From: Nitrosopumilaceae archaeon
GTDB lineage: Archaea; Thermoproteota; Nitrososphaeria; Nitrososphaerales; Nitrosopumilaceae
Length of the DNA stretch: 64,000 nucleotides
Direction of reading: 5' to 3'
Assembly: GCA_965214835.1 (NCBI GenBank)
Contig: CBDCCK010000002.1
Location: 1,344,001-1,408,000 of the forward strand
Below, one piece after another: positions 37,311 to 47,763 of this stretch; position 1 is the stretch's first letter, and each line of letters starts with the position of its first letter. The position numbers were made by a program, and so were the translations under genes. The notes under the pieces were generated by a model. The model had not been told where the DNA came from, did no database searches, and was given only the letters and a program-made list of their open reading frames with translations.

Positions 37311-39321
37311 GCTGATACTCGATGACGTTGGCGCCTACGGGGGGCACAACGAGTTCGAGTTTCCTACCACGTCTGACAGGCCCATTGTCCTGTATGGCGG
37401 GACCAACGGCGCCGGCAAGTCCACCCTCTTTGAGGCGATCCCCCTGTGCCTGTACGGACAGAGCAGCATGGATGAAAAGATGACAAAAAAACAGTATAAC
37501 CAGAAGATCAGACGGCTCTTTCACAGACACAAGCACAAAAAGACCCAGGCCGGGGAGGCCTCCGTATCGCTGGAGTTCGAATATGCGCAGAATGGAAGGA
37601 TCCTCCAGTACAAGATAACCCGAAACTGGCAGAACAATGACGGCCGTATTGACGAGTTTCTGGCCCTGTACAAGCAGTCTGATGCAGGCAAGGGATATGT
37701 CAGGGTGGATGCCGTGGGCGACTCCCAGATCCAGATGATGATAAACCAGATGATCCCCAGGGCGGTGGCAGGCATGTTCTTCTTTGACGGGGAAAGAATC
37801 AAGGACATTGCAGAGGAAGGCGACGAGCACCTTTACATAAAATCATCCTTTGACAGCCTGCTGGGACTTGACATATCCGACCGGCTCCGGGATGACATCG
37901 GCACGCACATACTGCGAAACTCGGGCGAGGAGGACAAGGAAGTACTTGCAAGGATCGAGGAGATGAACAGGGAGAAGGACGAGGCCGAAAGAAGGCTGGA
38001 GGAGATGCAACAAAAGCGCACATTTTTGAGCGACGATATCTCCAGCAAGAAAAAGGAACTAGATGGAAAAGAGGAGAAGTTCTTCAGGGCGGGCGGCAGC
38101 CGTGCAAAAGACCGGGAAAGGCTGGTAGACGAGAGAGATGAGATTTCCAAGTCCCTAAATTTTGTGGAATCCCAGATAAGAGACATGATCAAAAAAGACC
38201 TGCCGCTTGCAATAGTGCCAGATCAGCTAAGGCAGGTCAGGGAAAAGATCCAAGAGGACGAGGACAGCATCAAATCCAACCTTTCAGGCGATACGGTGAG
38301 GGCAGCCTATGACCACATGATAGGAGAGTTTGAGGCGCATCTGGACATGGACGACCCGGAGACCAAAAGGGCGCTGGTAAAGAAGCTCCGGGACATTGCA
38401 GATGCAAGGACAAGCTTGCTGTCTGACAAGAGACGCCTCACCTTTGACTTTTCACTGTCTGAGATGGCAGCGATGAGGCAAAGGATTGACAGGATACTGG
38501 ATCAGGATCACGAACGCTGGTCGGCACATCATGAGAGTCACAAGCACTATGCAGACCGGCTAGACAGGATATCTGCGCAGCTGGATGTTGCCCCACAGCA
38601 AGACGAGGTGGGCCCCCTGTATTCGAGTATAAAGGAGATCGCGCTGGAGATGGGGGAGATGGAGCAGGAATGCCATACGCTGGAGATGCTAGAGGTGCAG
38701 GAAAAATCCAAAATCGTCCTGCTAAACAGCAAGATACGAAAGCACCTTGCGGCAAAAAGATCCAACCATAGAAACCAGCTGGGACTGGAGTTGGCCCCGA
38801 GGATACAGGATGTCCTGGAGGAGTATTCTGCCAGGCTGCGGGCAAAGAAGATCACACTACTGGAATCCAACATACTGGAGGGGATCAAAAGATGCTTTCA
38901 CAAGTCAAGGCTCATCACTGCCGTCTCAATTGATCCCCAGACATACAGGATCACGCTATACAGCAGGGAGGACGAGATCTCCCGGGACACCCTGTCGCAG
39001 GGCGAGCTCCAGCTGTACGTGACTGCAATCGTGTGGGGACTGGCCAAGACGTCAGGACGCCCGCTGCCATTGATAGTGGACACGCCGCTTGCCAGGCTGG
39101 ATGTGGAGCACAGGGAGAACCTGATCCGCAACTTTTACCCAGAGGCATCACACCAGATAATCATATTTTCCACAAACACCGAGGTCGTGGACTCGTACTA
39201 TGAGATGATAAGGCCGCATGTCTCACAGGCCATGCTTATCCAGTATGATCCCGGGAGCGATACGAGCGTTGTAAGCGACGGATACTTTGGGAGCAAGGAG
39301 GGCAGCTATGTTGCAGTTTGA
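37297..39321 (+). CDS. dndD: DndD SMC-like ATPase
   Basis: GTNGAGKS, FFFDGE, LSQGE, IVDTPLARLD..HR, ASHQ. Confidence 0.93.
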   Translation: MRLTRLILDDVGAYGGHNEFEFPTTSDRPIVLYGGTNGAGKSTLFEAIPLCLYGQSSMDEKMTKKQYNQKIRRLFHRHKHKKTQAGEASVSLEFEYAQNGRILQYKITRNWQNNDGRIDEFLALYKQSDAGKGYVRVDAVGDSQIQMMINQMIPRAVAGMFFFDGERIKDIAEEGDEHLYIKSSFDSLLGLDISDRLRDDIGTHILRNSGEEDKEVLARIEEMNREKDEAERRLEEMQQKRTFLSDDISSKKKELDGKEEKFFRAGGSRAKDRERLVDERDEISKSLNFVESQIRDMIKKDLPLAIVPDQLRQVREKIQEDEDSIKSNLSGDTVRAAYDHMIGEFEAHLDMDDPETKRALVKKLRDIADARTSLLSDKRRLTFDFSLSEMAAMRQRIDRILDQDHERWSAHHESHKHYADRLDRISAQLDVAPQQDEVGPLYSSIKEIALEMGEMEQECHTLEMLEVQEKSKIVLLNSKIRKHLAAKRSNHRNQLGLELAPRIQDVLEEYSARLRAKKITLLESNILEGIKRCFHKSRLITAVSIDPQTYRITLYSREDEISRDTLSQGELQLYVTAIVWGLAKTSGRPLPLIVDTPLARLDVEHRENLIRNFYPEASHQIIIFSTNTEVVDSYYEMIRPHVSQAMLIQYDPGSDTSVVSDGYFGSKEGSYVAV

Positions 39322-39706
39322 GAACATCAAGGCAAGCTCACGCACGACCCATCTGTTTGGCATGCTCAGGTACAGCACTGCCGTGGAGCCTGAGGCCTGG
39401 GCCCGCCTGTCCCTGTGCCTGTCCATAAAGCAGAGGGGAATTCCCAATCCTGACGAATACAACAAAAAGGGCAGCGAGTTTGAACCGGCAAGGCTGTTTG
39501 CCGGAGATGAAAACATGTACCTTGCCCTCATGATCAACCGCCTAAACCAGGACGGGCTGGATCCGGATACGTATCTCGGAGAGATGACCAGGGCCCATCT
39601 CAACCGGGGGGCCATATCGCTAAAGCAGAGGATCGACGGCCTCTCTGACGTATACGGATTCGTCAGGGAGATGAATCCCGGCAAGTTCCGACTTGCGGAC
39701 GGATAA
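39308..39706 (+). CDS. dndE: DndE
   Basis: ARLSLCLS, RAHLNRG; between dndD and the desulfurase. Confidence 0.85.
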   Translation: MLQFENIKASSRTTHLFGMLRYSTAVEPEAWARLSLCLSIKQRGIPNPDEYNKKGSEFEPARLFAGDENMYLALMINRLNQDGLDPDTYLGEMTRAHLNRGAISLKQRIDGLSDVYGFVREMNPGKFRLADG

Positions 39707-39707
39707 A

Positions 39708-40886
39708 ATGCAGTCTTTCTCCGAGGCCAAGTCCGGTCAACCCGTCTATCTGGACTCGCATGCAACTACGCCGGTGGACCCGCGCGTCCTAGACGAGATG
39801 ATCCCGTATTTTACGCAGGTGTTTGGGAATGCATCAAGCCTGGATCACTCGTACGGCCATGACGCATCACAGATTGTCCAGGCATCTCGGGAGAAGATCG
39901 GCCGTGCAATTAACGCACACATGGATGAGATCATATTCACGTCAGGCGCCACGGAATCAGACAACCTTGCACTGTGCGGCGTCATGATAAAGAATGCGGA
40001 TCGCGGGAACCACCTGATCACGTGCGTTACAGAGCACAAGGCAGTCCTGGATACGGCGAGGCGTCTTGAAGCCGGAGGCATGGATGTGACATACCTGCCC
40101 GTTGACGAGTTTGGCATGGTTGATCCCAAGGCAGTAAATGACGCGATAACGGACAGGACAGTCCTGATTTCGGTGATGTTTGCAAACAATGAGGTTGGAA
40201 CGATTGCAGACATTGGCGAGATCGGCAAGATAGCGCACGACAATAACGTGCTGTTTCACACGGATGCGGCCCAGGCCGTCGGCCACATGGATATCGATGT
40301 GCAAAGACTCAACATTGATCTTATGTCGTTTTCCTCCCACAAGATTTACGGACCCAAGGGAGTTGGCGCACTCTATGCAAGGGGAGTCATGCCGCGCGTA
40401 AGGCTGGATTCGATAATGCACGGCGGTGGACAGGAGAGGGGCATCCGTTCCGGCACGCTAAACGTTCCCGGAATCGTGGGCTTTGCAAAGGCCCTGGAGA
40501 TCGCCAATAAAGAGATGGAGCAGGAAAACGACAGGTTCAGGAGCTGGACAAGTCAGATGAGGGACAGGTTTGCGGAGATTGGCGGGATTCAAAATGGGCA
40601 TCCCACGAATAGGCTGGCCCACAACCTCAATGTCAGGTTTGACGGAATCGATGGCAAGGCCATCATCAACTCTGTATCCAAGAAACTGGCCATCTCTGCA
40701 GGCTCTGCATGCACGACCCAGGCAGTGGAGCCCTCGCACGTCCTCTTGGCACTTGGATTAAGCGAGGAGCAGGCCCACGCCTCGATCCGAATCGGATGTG
40801 GACGGTTCAACACCCAGACTCAGATCGAGGAGGCCATCGATACGATTGATTCATCCGTACGTGCCCTTGCAAAGATTCGAGCCTGA
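39708..40886 (+). CDS. dndA: cysteine desulfurase (DndA/IscS)
   Basis: YLDSHATTP, FTSGATE, HTDAAQ, SSHKIYGPKG, SAGSAC. Confidence 0.93.
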   Translation: MQSFSEAKSGQPVYLDSHATTPVDPRVLDEMIPYFTQVFGNASSLDHSYGHDASQIVQASREKIGRAINAHMDEIIFTSGATESDNLALCGVMIKNADRGNHLITCVTEHKAVLDTARRLEAGGMDVTYLPVDEFGMVDPKAVNDAITDRTVLISVMFANNEVGTIADIGEIGKIAHDNNVLFHTDAAQAVGHMDIDVQRLNIDLMSFSSHKIYGPKGVGALYARGVMPRVRLDSIMHGGGQERGIRSGTLNVPGIVGFAKALEIANKEMEQENDRFRSWTSQMRDRFAEIGGIQNGHPTNRLAHNLNVRFDGIDGKAIINSVSKKLAISAGSACTTQAVEPSHVLLALGLSEEQAHASIRIGCGRFNTQTQIEEAIDTIDSSVRALAKIRA

Positions 40887-41664
40887 TATGAGAGTAAGTG
40901 ATATGGACAAGCGATATCTATACAGATTGACTGTGTGCTCTTTGGCCAAGCGGAACTGAACCTGCTTTTAGCTGTTCACAGTCACCATTCTTCATACTAA
41001 AAGATTATAAAAAAAGGCAGGCACCAATTGTAGGATGGCAACGGACAGCAGCAGATCCTTGTTCAGCAAGCAGATCAATGACATATGCGATCAGGTGGGG
41101 GTATCAAAACCGGACGCCTTTCCAAGATGGATATGCCAGAACATTCTTGGCATTGCTGATGATGAAAAGATTGACGAGGCAGTCTCAATTGGAGGTAAGA
41201 ACGATTACGGAATCGACATATTCCATGCAGAGGAAAGCGGCGACATTACAGAGCAGTACATATGCTGGGTTCAGGCAAAGTTCAGTGAAAACCTGGATCA
41301 TGTTGCCAGGCGGGAGGACATAGAATCGTTTGCAAGTACGCTTGGCCATTTGATGGATTGCCCCCATTCTGCCAATCTAACCTTCAAACAAAAGGCCGTT
41401 GAGTTTGCAAAAATGGTGAAAAAGTATCCCCACATGCGAAAAAAAATGATCTTCGCCGTTGCAGGACATCTAAACAGTCAAGCTCAGGAATTGCTTGGAA
41501 ATTCCAGGTGGAGAGAAGAAAAACTTGGAAATGAGCTGGATTCCAACATTGATCTTGAGATACTTGATTTGGATAAAATTCTCTCTCGTATGACGATTCC
41601 CCATACTCCGACAGTGACGATTAAGTTTGATGGCAATGTGATAGAGCGCATTGATGAGACAACT

Positions 41665-43199
41665 AGACTTTATGCGTAATCGACCGTGATTAAAAATTCC
41701 GTAGGCTTTTCCAAACGCAAATGCGCTGATCGGATCAAATTACCGCATGCATCTCGTGTCATGACGCACGTAAAAGCCAGTTGCGCCAAAAGAACGTGCG
41801 CAACCATGCAGCACGGCAATGTGCCCCGTTGACAAGTCAGAAAGAATGGCGGTCCGTACCGCCGTATGTCATGTGTCTGGCAGCAGATGCAGCTGCTGCA
41901 GCAGCTGGCCATAGTATTTTTTCCTTTTCAACATCGTCTTGAGGTTCTCAAGACCCGTGATTATCTGCATGAAATAATTGAGATCCTTGGCAGTTCCGCC
42001 AAACGGCATGGTAAGAATGCCATATCTTTTGAGCCGCCCTATGTGGTGCTCCACCCTGACGCGAACCCTGCTTATCTGCTTGCGGCGCCTCTTTTGCGTT
42101 GCAGTAAGATCCCCGTCCCTGGGCTTCTTTGGGGGCTGCCTGTGTATGGCGCCCGGAAGCATCTTTTGAATGCCCTCAAATCCCAGGTCGCTGTAAATCA
42201 CAAACGCCTCTTCCGGATCGTCTGCGTTTTTTGCATTCCTCATTGATCCGGTGTGCCTTCCAAAGTCCGGGCCGCCCCCTGCGTTCATCACGCCCTTGTC
42301 GTTGACGCTTCCGTCCACAGTCTTGCCGCAGTGCAGTATGAGGCCGTCCAGGTTCGAGGTAATTATCGTGTTGAACATGTGCCGCTTTTTTCTTCCCGAA
42401 TATCTGGTCTTTCTTGCGGTCCTGTCCCCGGGCCTGTCTACCGGAGTCAGGGTGCCGTCAATCAGGAGCGTCTTTTTTGGGATCAGCACCTCCTCCAGCT
42501 TGCCTGCCGGGGTCTTGCAGATGATGCTTGTTAGCTTTTCGGAGGCAGGCAGGAGCCGGCGCAGTAACACGGCACCGTACCGGAGGTACCTGGACATTGT
42601 GGACTGGTCGACGTCAAACGTTGCGGCCAGATGATGTTGCGTTGCCTTGGTCCTTATGCTCATGAGTACTGCAAGCAGCGCGTGCCTGATGTACAGCTTG
42701 CACCGGTTTCCGGCATCGCCGCCTCTTACGTCGTCCTCCCAGAACAGGGGTCTGTCCTCGTCGTCCATGACTTCTTCCGTAAAGCGCTCCAGTATGATCG
42801 TAAATGACTCCTTTGTGCATCCCGTGACGTTGCGAAGGCGCACCGGATCGCCGATTATGCCGTCTGCAACCTCGATTGCGTGCATCCGCAGAGGCGTCCC
42901 GCCGCGCACGACTCTTTTTGTCTTGTTTTCTTCGGACTGCCACAGTGAGTCCTCAAACGCAAGCTGCTTCCTCATACGCTCGTTTTGCTTGGACATCTGT
43001 TTGTTTTGCTTGGATACCTGCTCGTGTTGCTCGACTAGCATCTCGTGTTGCGCTTGTAACGCTTGAAATGCTTGGAGAGTCTTGTCATTTGAGCCCATAC
43101 AGTTAGGGAATCATACAGATCTTTAGGGTTGTTGGTGTGCAAATAATGATCTATTGTGTCGTATTTTTAGATCAGATGGGCCGATTACGCATAAAGTCT
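41665..43199 (-). mobile_element. IS5-family (DDE_Tnp_4-like) insertion sequence, 1535 bp
   Basis: 18-bp perfect TIRs; ACT at 41662-64 and 43200-02. Confidence 0.93.
41869..43098 (-). CDS. transposase
   Basis: FDVDQSTMSR helix-turn-helix, LIDGT, YSGRKK, SDLGF, RVRVEHHIGRLK. Confidence 0.92.
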   Translation of the reverse strand: MGSNDKTLQAFQALQAQHEMLVEQHEQVSKQNKQMSKQNERMRKQLAFEDSLWQSEENKTKRVVRGGTPLRMHAIEVADGIIGDPVRLRNVTGCTKESFTIILERFTEEVMDDEDRPLFWEDDVRGGDAGNRCKLYIRHALLAVLMSIRTKATQHHLAATFDVDQSTMSRYLRYGAVLLRRLLPASEKLTSIICKTPAGKLEEVLIPKKTLLIDGTLTPVDRPGDRTARKTRYSGRKKRHMFNTIITSNLDGLILHCGKTVDGSVNDKGVMNAGGGPDFGRHTGSMRNAKNADDPEEAFVIYSDLGFEGIQKMLPGAIHRQPPKKPRDGDLTATQKRRRKQISRVRVRVEHHIGRLKRYGILTMPFGGTAKDLNYFMQIITGLENLKTMLKRKKYYGQLLQQLHLLPDT

Positions 43200-44451
43200 A
43201 CTGGCAAAAAGTCAATCATCGGATATGTGGGAGCAAATGATCTGATTGCAATTGCCAAAGACAACAAAGAGATGTTGTTCCTAGAGAACCCGAGACAGAC
43301 GCTTGGAAAAAGTGCTCCGACTCACAAGGCCATACTCAACACCCTAAGTGATCCGGACATGAGAAAGAAGTTTTGGAAGCTAAACAACGGCATTACAACC
43401 ACTTGTACGGGTTATAGCTCTACAGATGACCAGTCCGCATACAGCATAGAAAACTTCAAGGTTGTAAACGGAAGGCAGACACTGTACACACTAGAGAATT
43501 CCACAAAACCGATAGACGACGTGTTTCTGTTGGTTAGCATACATGAAACGGTAGACGCCAAGGAACGCAACCAAATCAGCGAGGCCACAAACACCCAAAA
43601 CCCAATAAAACCAGCAGATCTGGTAACGAACTATCCGGAGATGACAGATCTTGTATTGCAGTGCAGGGAGAACTTCAATGACTTTTACTTTGAGAGGCAA
43701 ACAAAAGGCTTTGCGGCTGCAACAAAATCCACGCAAAACCGCGTTACAAAAAGACGCGTTATGGAGAAAAGCTCCGTTGCAAGGGCATACTATGCGTATG
43801 CGATAGATCCCAACGAGGCGATGATGCCTGACAAGATTCTGTTTTCTGTAACAAGCGATGCCAACTACTATGACAGGATCTTCAAAGACAGGGACATCAG
43901 GGAGTTGATAATACCCCACATATTCTTGAAGATGCTAAGTGAGCTGCATAAAAAGTGGTGCCGCGAACTAAAGGACGACCAGTCAGACAGGATATCAAGG
44001 AACAAGGGAATCATCAGCAAGGACATTGTAAAATACTATATCCTGAGGTTCGTTCACGAATCCATGCTGGATATTGACGAATCGACTAGGCAGTCAGTCA
44101 AGGACAGGCTGATTGAGGAGTTCAGAGGGTTGGAAAAGAGCGATAAGAATCCAGAGATTCTTGAAGGCGTTGCACAACAGGCCTATAACGCATTCATGAC
44201 CAGTTTTGATATGGCCATGGACAAGACATGGCCGCCTGAGCTGCTTGAGAAGGTAAACAGTGACAAGTACAAGAAAGACGAGCGTGACGTACCAAGCCCG
44301 TATGAGATAATGGATGCGTTAAAGCGAAATGGCGAACGGTTGCTTCCGCACCTGCTGCGCATGAGGGAGCATGCAATAAGCCAAGTGGGCGACAAGGTTC
44401 AAGAAGAGCTTCTCAGACTTGTTGAGTAATTTGCCAATCAATCCTGTAAAC

Positions 44452-44543
44452 GTGTGAGGCCACTTCTTCTTACCGGATAGGTGCAGAAATCACAACTCCA
44501 TGCAAACCCATGCATGGTTGGTTAAGGGTGGGCGACCTCACAC
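44452..44543. mobile_element. 92-bp MITE with 8-bp TSD
   Basis: TIR GTGTGAGG/CCTCACAC; CTGTAAAC at 44444-51 and 44544-51; homologous to the outer element at 1333-1515. Confidence 0.85.
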
Positions 44544-44674
44544 CTGTAAACTTTTAGGCCTTTCAAGAATCCCACCTTGATCATGTTACATATCTTCTTG
44601 GACAGCACAGTAAGTATCCGGCTCGTTAGAGATTTTTAAGCTGATTTAATAGCTGGCAGTTGGACTTCTGACAT

Positions 44675-45541
44675 ATGACAAGCTACTTTGTTCTGGTAGA
44701 TAGACGTGACTCTGAAAAATTTCGGCGATTTCAGATGGCACAGTTTACCGAAAATACCAAAAAAATTCTAAATGAACACGATGCTGCATATATCTGGGGA
44801 TTTCATGAAACACAAGTCAGAGATACACTCTGGAAGAGAATCATGCAAGACGATCTCGTATGTTTCACGGTTCCAACAAGCAGCTTTAGGGTAATAGGAC
44901 GCGTCTACAAAAAATTTACAGACAACAATACTGGAAAGCAGATGTGGCCAGATGATCTTCGCGCTCAACAGTTCACGTATTTTTTACTCTTTGACAAGCT
45001 ACAAAAGACTTCACTGCGATATAATGAGGTCACAGATAATGCAATGCCGAAGCTTATCGGGCCATTGACTGGAATATACCAAATTAAAAAAGAGTTTCAA
45101 AATGTTCTAAAAATCCAGATGGGTGAAGCTATTCACAGAACCTCAGCAAAACCTAAAACATTCGTAAATCCCAAGATCCCACAAAAAAGCAAATATGAGG
45201 TAAACAGGTTTCTCCGTAATCCAACAATCGTGAAAAAACTAAAAGAAATTTACCAAAATAGATGCCAGGTATGCGGATTTGGCTTCGAGTATGAAAAAGG
45301 CAAGTTTTACTCCGAGGTTCACCACTACAATCCCTTGGAAGAAAATGGCAACGATGGCATGGATAATATGATAGTAGTATGTCCAAACCACCATGCCCAG
45401 TTTGACTATAAGATGATTGCAATTTCATTGGATGAAAGTAGCATTGTAGATAAGAAGGGAACCAAAATAGGCGAGATACACTTTAAGCAAAACCACAAAC
45501 TAAGCAAACAAAATCTTGCAAGCCAACTAAGGATGGAATAA
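44675..45541 (+). CDS. HNH endonuclease with an EVE/PUA-like N-terminal domain
   Basis: CQVC...EVHH...NMIVVCPNHH; N-terminal WG...W..I...DLVCF pattern. Confidence 0.82.
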   Translation: MTSYFVLVDRRDSEKFRRFQMAQFTENTKKILNEHDAAYIWGFHETQVRDTLWKRIMQDDLVCFTVPTSSFRVIGRVYKKFTDNNTGKQMWPDDLRAQQFTYFLLFDKLQKTSLRYNEVTDNAMPKLIGPLTGIYQIKKEFQNVLKIQMGEAIHRTSAKPKTFVNPKIPQKSKYEVNRFLRNPTIVKKLKEIYQNRCQVCGFGFEYEKGKFYSEVHHYNPLEENGNDGMDNMIVVCPNHHAQFDYKMIAISLDESSIVDKKGTKIGEIHFKQNHKLSKQNLASQLRME

Positions 45542-46642
45542 ACCATGTTGTTTGAAGAGCTGGACATAAAATCATTTTATGATTCTAGAAAGACGGATGT
45601 GTATAATGAATTCTTTAATGCAGTCCTTCCACATTCGAAATACTATAGGAGATTCGGCGGTGTTTTTTCTGCAAAAAGGTTTGCATTAATGGCCGAAGGA
45701 TTACAGGATTTTATCAAGGAAAACAACGGAACTATGGAGCTTGTCATAATACCAATGTTTTCTGAGGAGGACAGGCATGCAATCATGCGCGGTATTGATG
45801 TTCACGACATCATTGCAAAAAACTGGATCAATGATCTTTCAAAAATCAAAGAGAAGTTTCTGGAGGATCATAAAAAAGCATTATCTTGGATGATTGCGAA
45901 TGAATTTCTTACCATAAAATTGATTCTGCCAGAACATGATGATGGAACTATATTTTCCGAGTCGGAAATAAAAGATCAGGCAATATTTAGAAAAGAGATT
46001 GGTATATTGTATAACAAAGACGATGACAGGCCAATCTCTTTTCATGGAACCATAGATAGGGAAGACTCCCAGGTGGGTGAGCTTTACTCAATAGACGTAG
46101 CTAGACACTGGGTTGAAAGTGAGAACGAACAAATTGATTCAGATCATGAGGAATTCACAAACTTTTGGAGCAATGAATCACACCAGCTTGGCTCGATAAA
46201 GTACAAAGTTGTGCCACTATCAAAAAAACTAAACTCGTATTTCAGGCAGATCTCCCCTAAAACCAAGTCCGATATACCTCAACTGAGAAAGCTTCCTGTT
46301 CTAAGAGACTATCAAGAGCAGGCAGCAAAGACGTGGATGAATAGCTCTGGAAAAGGCATTCTTGAGATGGCAACTGGGACGGGCAAGACATTTACTGCAA
46401 TCGAATGTATTAACAAGATAGCAGCCAAAGACGATAAAGCTCTTGTTGTAATCACGGTTCCCTATAGAAATCTTGCAGATCAATGGAAAAAGGAACTATC
46501 CAAATGGGGCATAACATCAACCATTCTTGAATCTAGATCATGGAAGCAGATACTACGTGACGAGGTTTCATACATCAACAAATGATCTGGACCCCGTATT
46601 TTCGAACCACTTTTTGGGCGTTTTTGCGTAGCTCTGGCATCA

Positions 46643-47479
46643 TCATTTGCCTGCCTCCCTTTGGTGCCGTACGACGAACTCCATCGGAGTGAGATATCCA
46701 AGTGAGGAGTGTATTCTGTCATGGTTATAGTCCCTAAATGCCTCCCTTATGACGTCTGAGGCGTCCTGGAAGGAGTCAAATTCATGGGGCCACAGGTATT
46801 CCCTCTTGATGCTTCCGTGAAACGACTCTATGTGGCCGTTTTGTTCTGGCGTCCTGTATGCTATGAGCTCGTGTCTTATTCCCAGCTGTTTCAGGGACTC
46901 CCTGAACATGCGCGACGTATACTGAGAACCGTTGTCTGTCCGCAGGGTCAGCATGCTGCAGTCCGGATCTGCTGCCGATACCGCATCGAGTACGGCCTGA
47001 ACCGCATTCTCCTTTTGCGCCGTGGTATCAAAGGAGTATGCAAGCCACCTGCGCGAAAAGGCATCAAGTACGTTGAAACAGTAGCACCAGCCGTCCCCGC
47101 CGCAGTCCACGTATGTGATGTCTGCCTGCCACAGCCGGTTGGGGGCATCTGGCCTTGTAAGCTTGCGCGAGGCCCGTATTATGTCGTTTTTGGTCTTTTT
47201 GGGCTCGATCCAGCCTATCTGGCGGTAGATTCGCTGTATCTTTTTGCGGTTTACGCGCACGCCAGTCTCGCGCAATATCTGGTTTGCCATCCTCCGGGTT
47301 CCGTACGTCGGCCTTTTCTTGCCTATGGTACGTATGATTGAGACCGTCCCGGGGTCGGCTTTTCTGGCTCGTCTGTCGGCGTCCTTCCTGGCGTAATACC
47401 AGGTGCCCTTTGAGACGCCGCAGTATTCCAGGGCTGTATTGAGGCTCATCTTCTGGTGGCAGATCTGTACGGCATTCAT
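46643..47479 (-). CDS. IS3 OrfB (DDE integrase core)
   Basis: YGTRR, WQADIT, TDNGSQY, NGHIESF, RIHSSLGY; A8 run at 47499-47506 is a candidate -1 frameshift site. Confidence 0.93.
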   Translation of the reverse strand: MNAVQICHQKMSLNTALEYCGVSKGTWYYARKDADRRARKADPGTVSIIRTIGKKRPTYGTRRMANQILRETGVRVNRKKIQRIYRQIGWIEPKKTKNDIIRASRKLTRPDAPNRLWQADITYVDCGGDGWCYCFNVLDAFSRRWLAYSFDTTAQKENAVQAVLDAVSAADPDCSMLTLRTDNGSQYTSRMFRESLKQLGIRHELIAYRTPEQNGHIESFHGSIKREYLWPHEFDSFQDASDVIREAFRDYNHDRIHSSLGYLTPMEFVVRHQREAGK

Positions 47480-47763
47480 CCTTTGCTCAGCTCCATTGTT
47501 TTTTTTAAAGCGTCACAGGCCACTGCATACTCGCCTATGATGCGTTTGAGATTCTGGTTCTCCTTTTGCAGGGCAGCCGCTGCCTTGTCATTCCGGCCCA
47601 GGATGGATGCCTTGCCGCCCTCGACGAACCTGTCCATCCACCTGCCAAACGTGGTGGGCGCGATGTTGTGCTTGCGGCACAGCTCGGCAGTGCTGATGCT
47701 GGTCTTGATGGACTCCATCACTATGTCTGTTTTTTCGGCCAATGTGAACTTTTGTTTTTTCAT
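47476..47763 (-). CDS. IS3 OrfA (helix-turn-helix + leucine zipper)
   Basis: AELCRKHNI...W, LQKENQNLKRII; ATGA overlap with orfB. Confidence 0.9.
   Translation of the reverse strand: MKKQKFTLAEKTDIVMESIKTSISTAELCRKHNIAPTTFGRWMDRFVEGGKASILGRNDKAAAALQKENQNLKRIIGEYAVACDALKKTMELSKG

Larger units (their letters stand above)
41035..44429 (+). pseudogene. AIPR-family protein split by an IS5-family element (rejoined 618 aa)
   Basis: 41035-41664 + 43203-44429 join in frame (DETT|GKKSII); DYGID...QAK, ENPR, NNGIT, VVNGRQT, TNTQN. Confidence 0.88.

Noticed and set aside
43137-43202. Independent start for the 430-aa ORF
   Set aside because: It lies inside the IS end; the ORF is the 3' half of the split AIPR gene.
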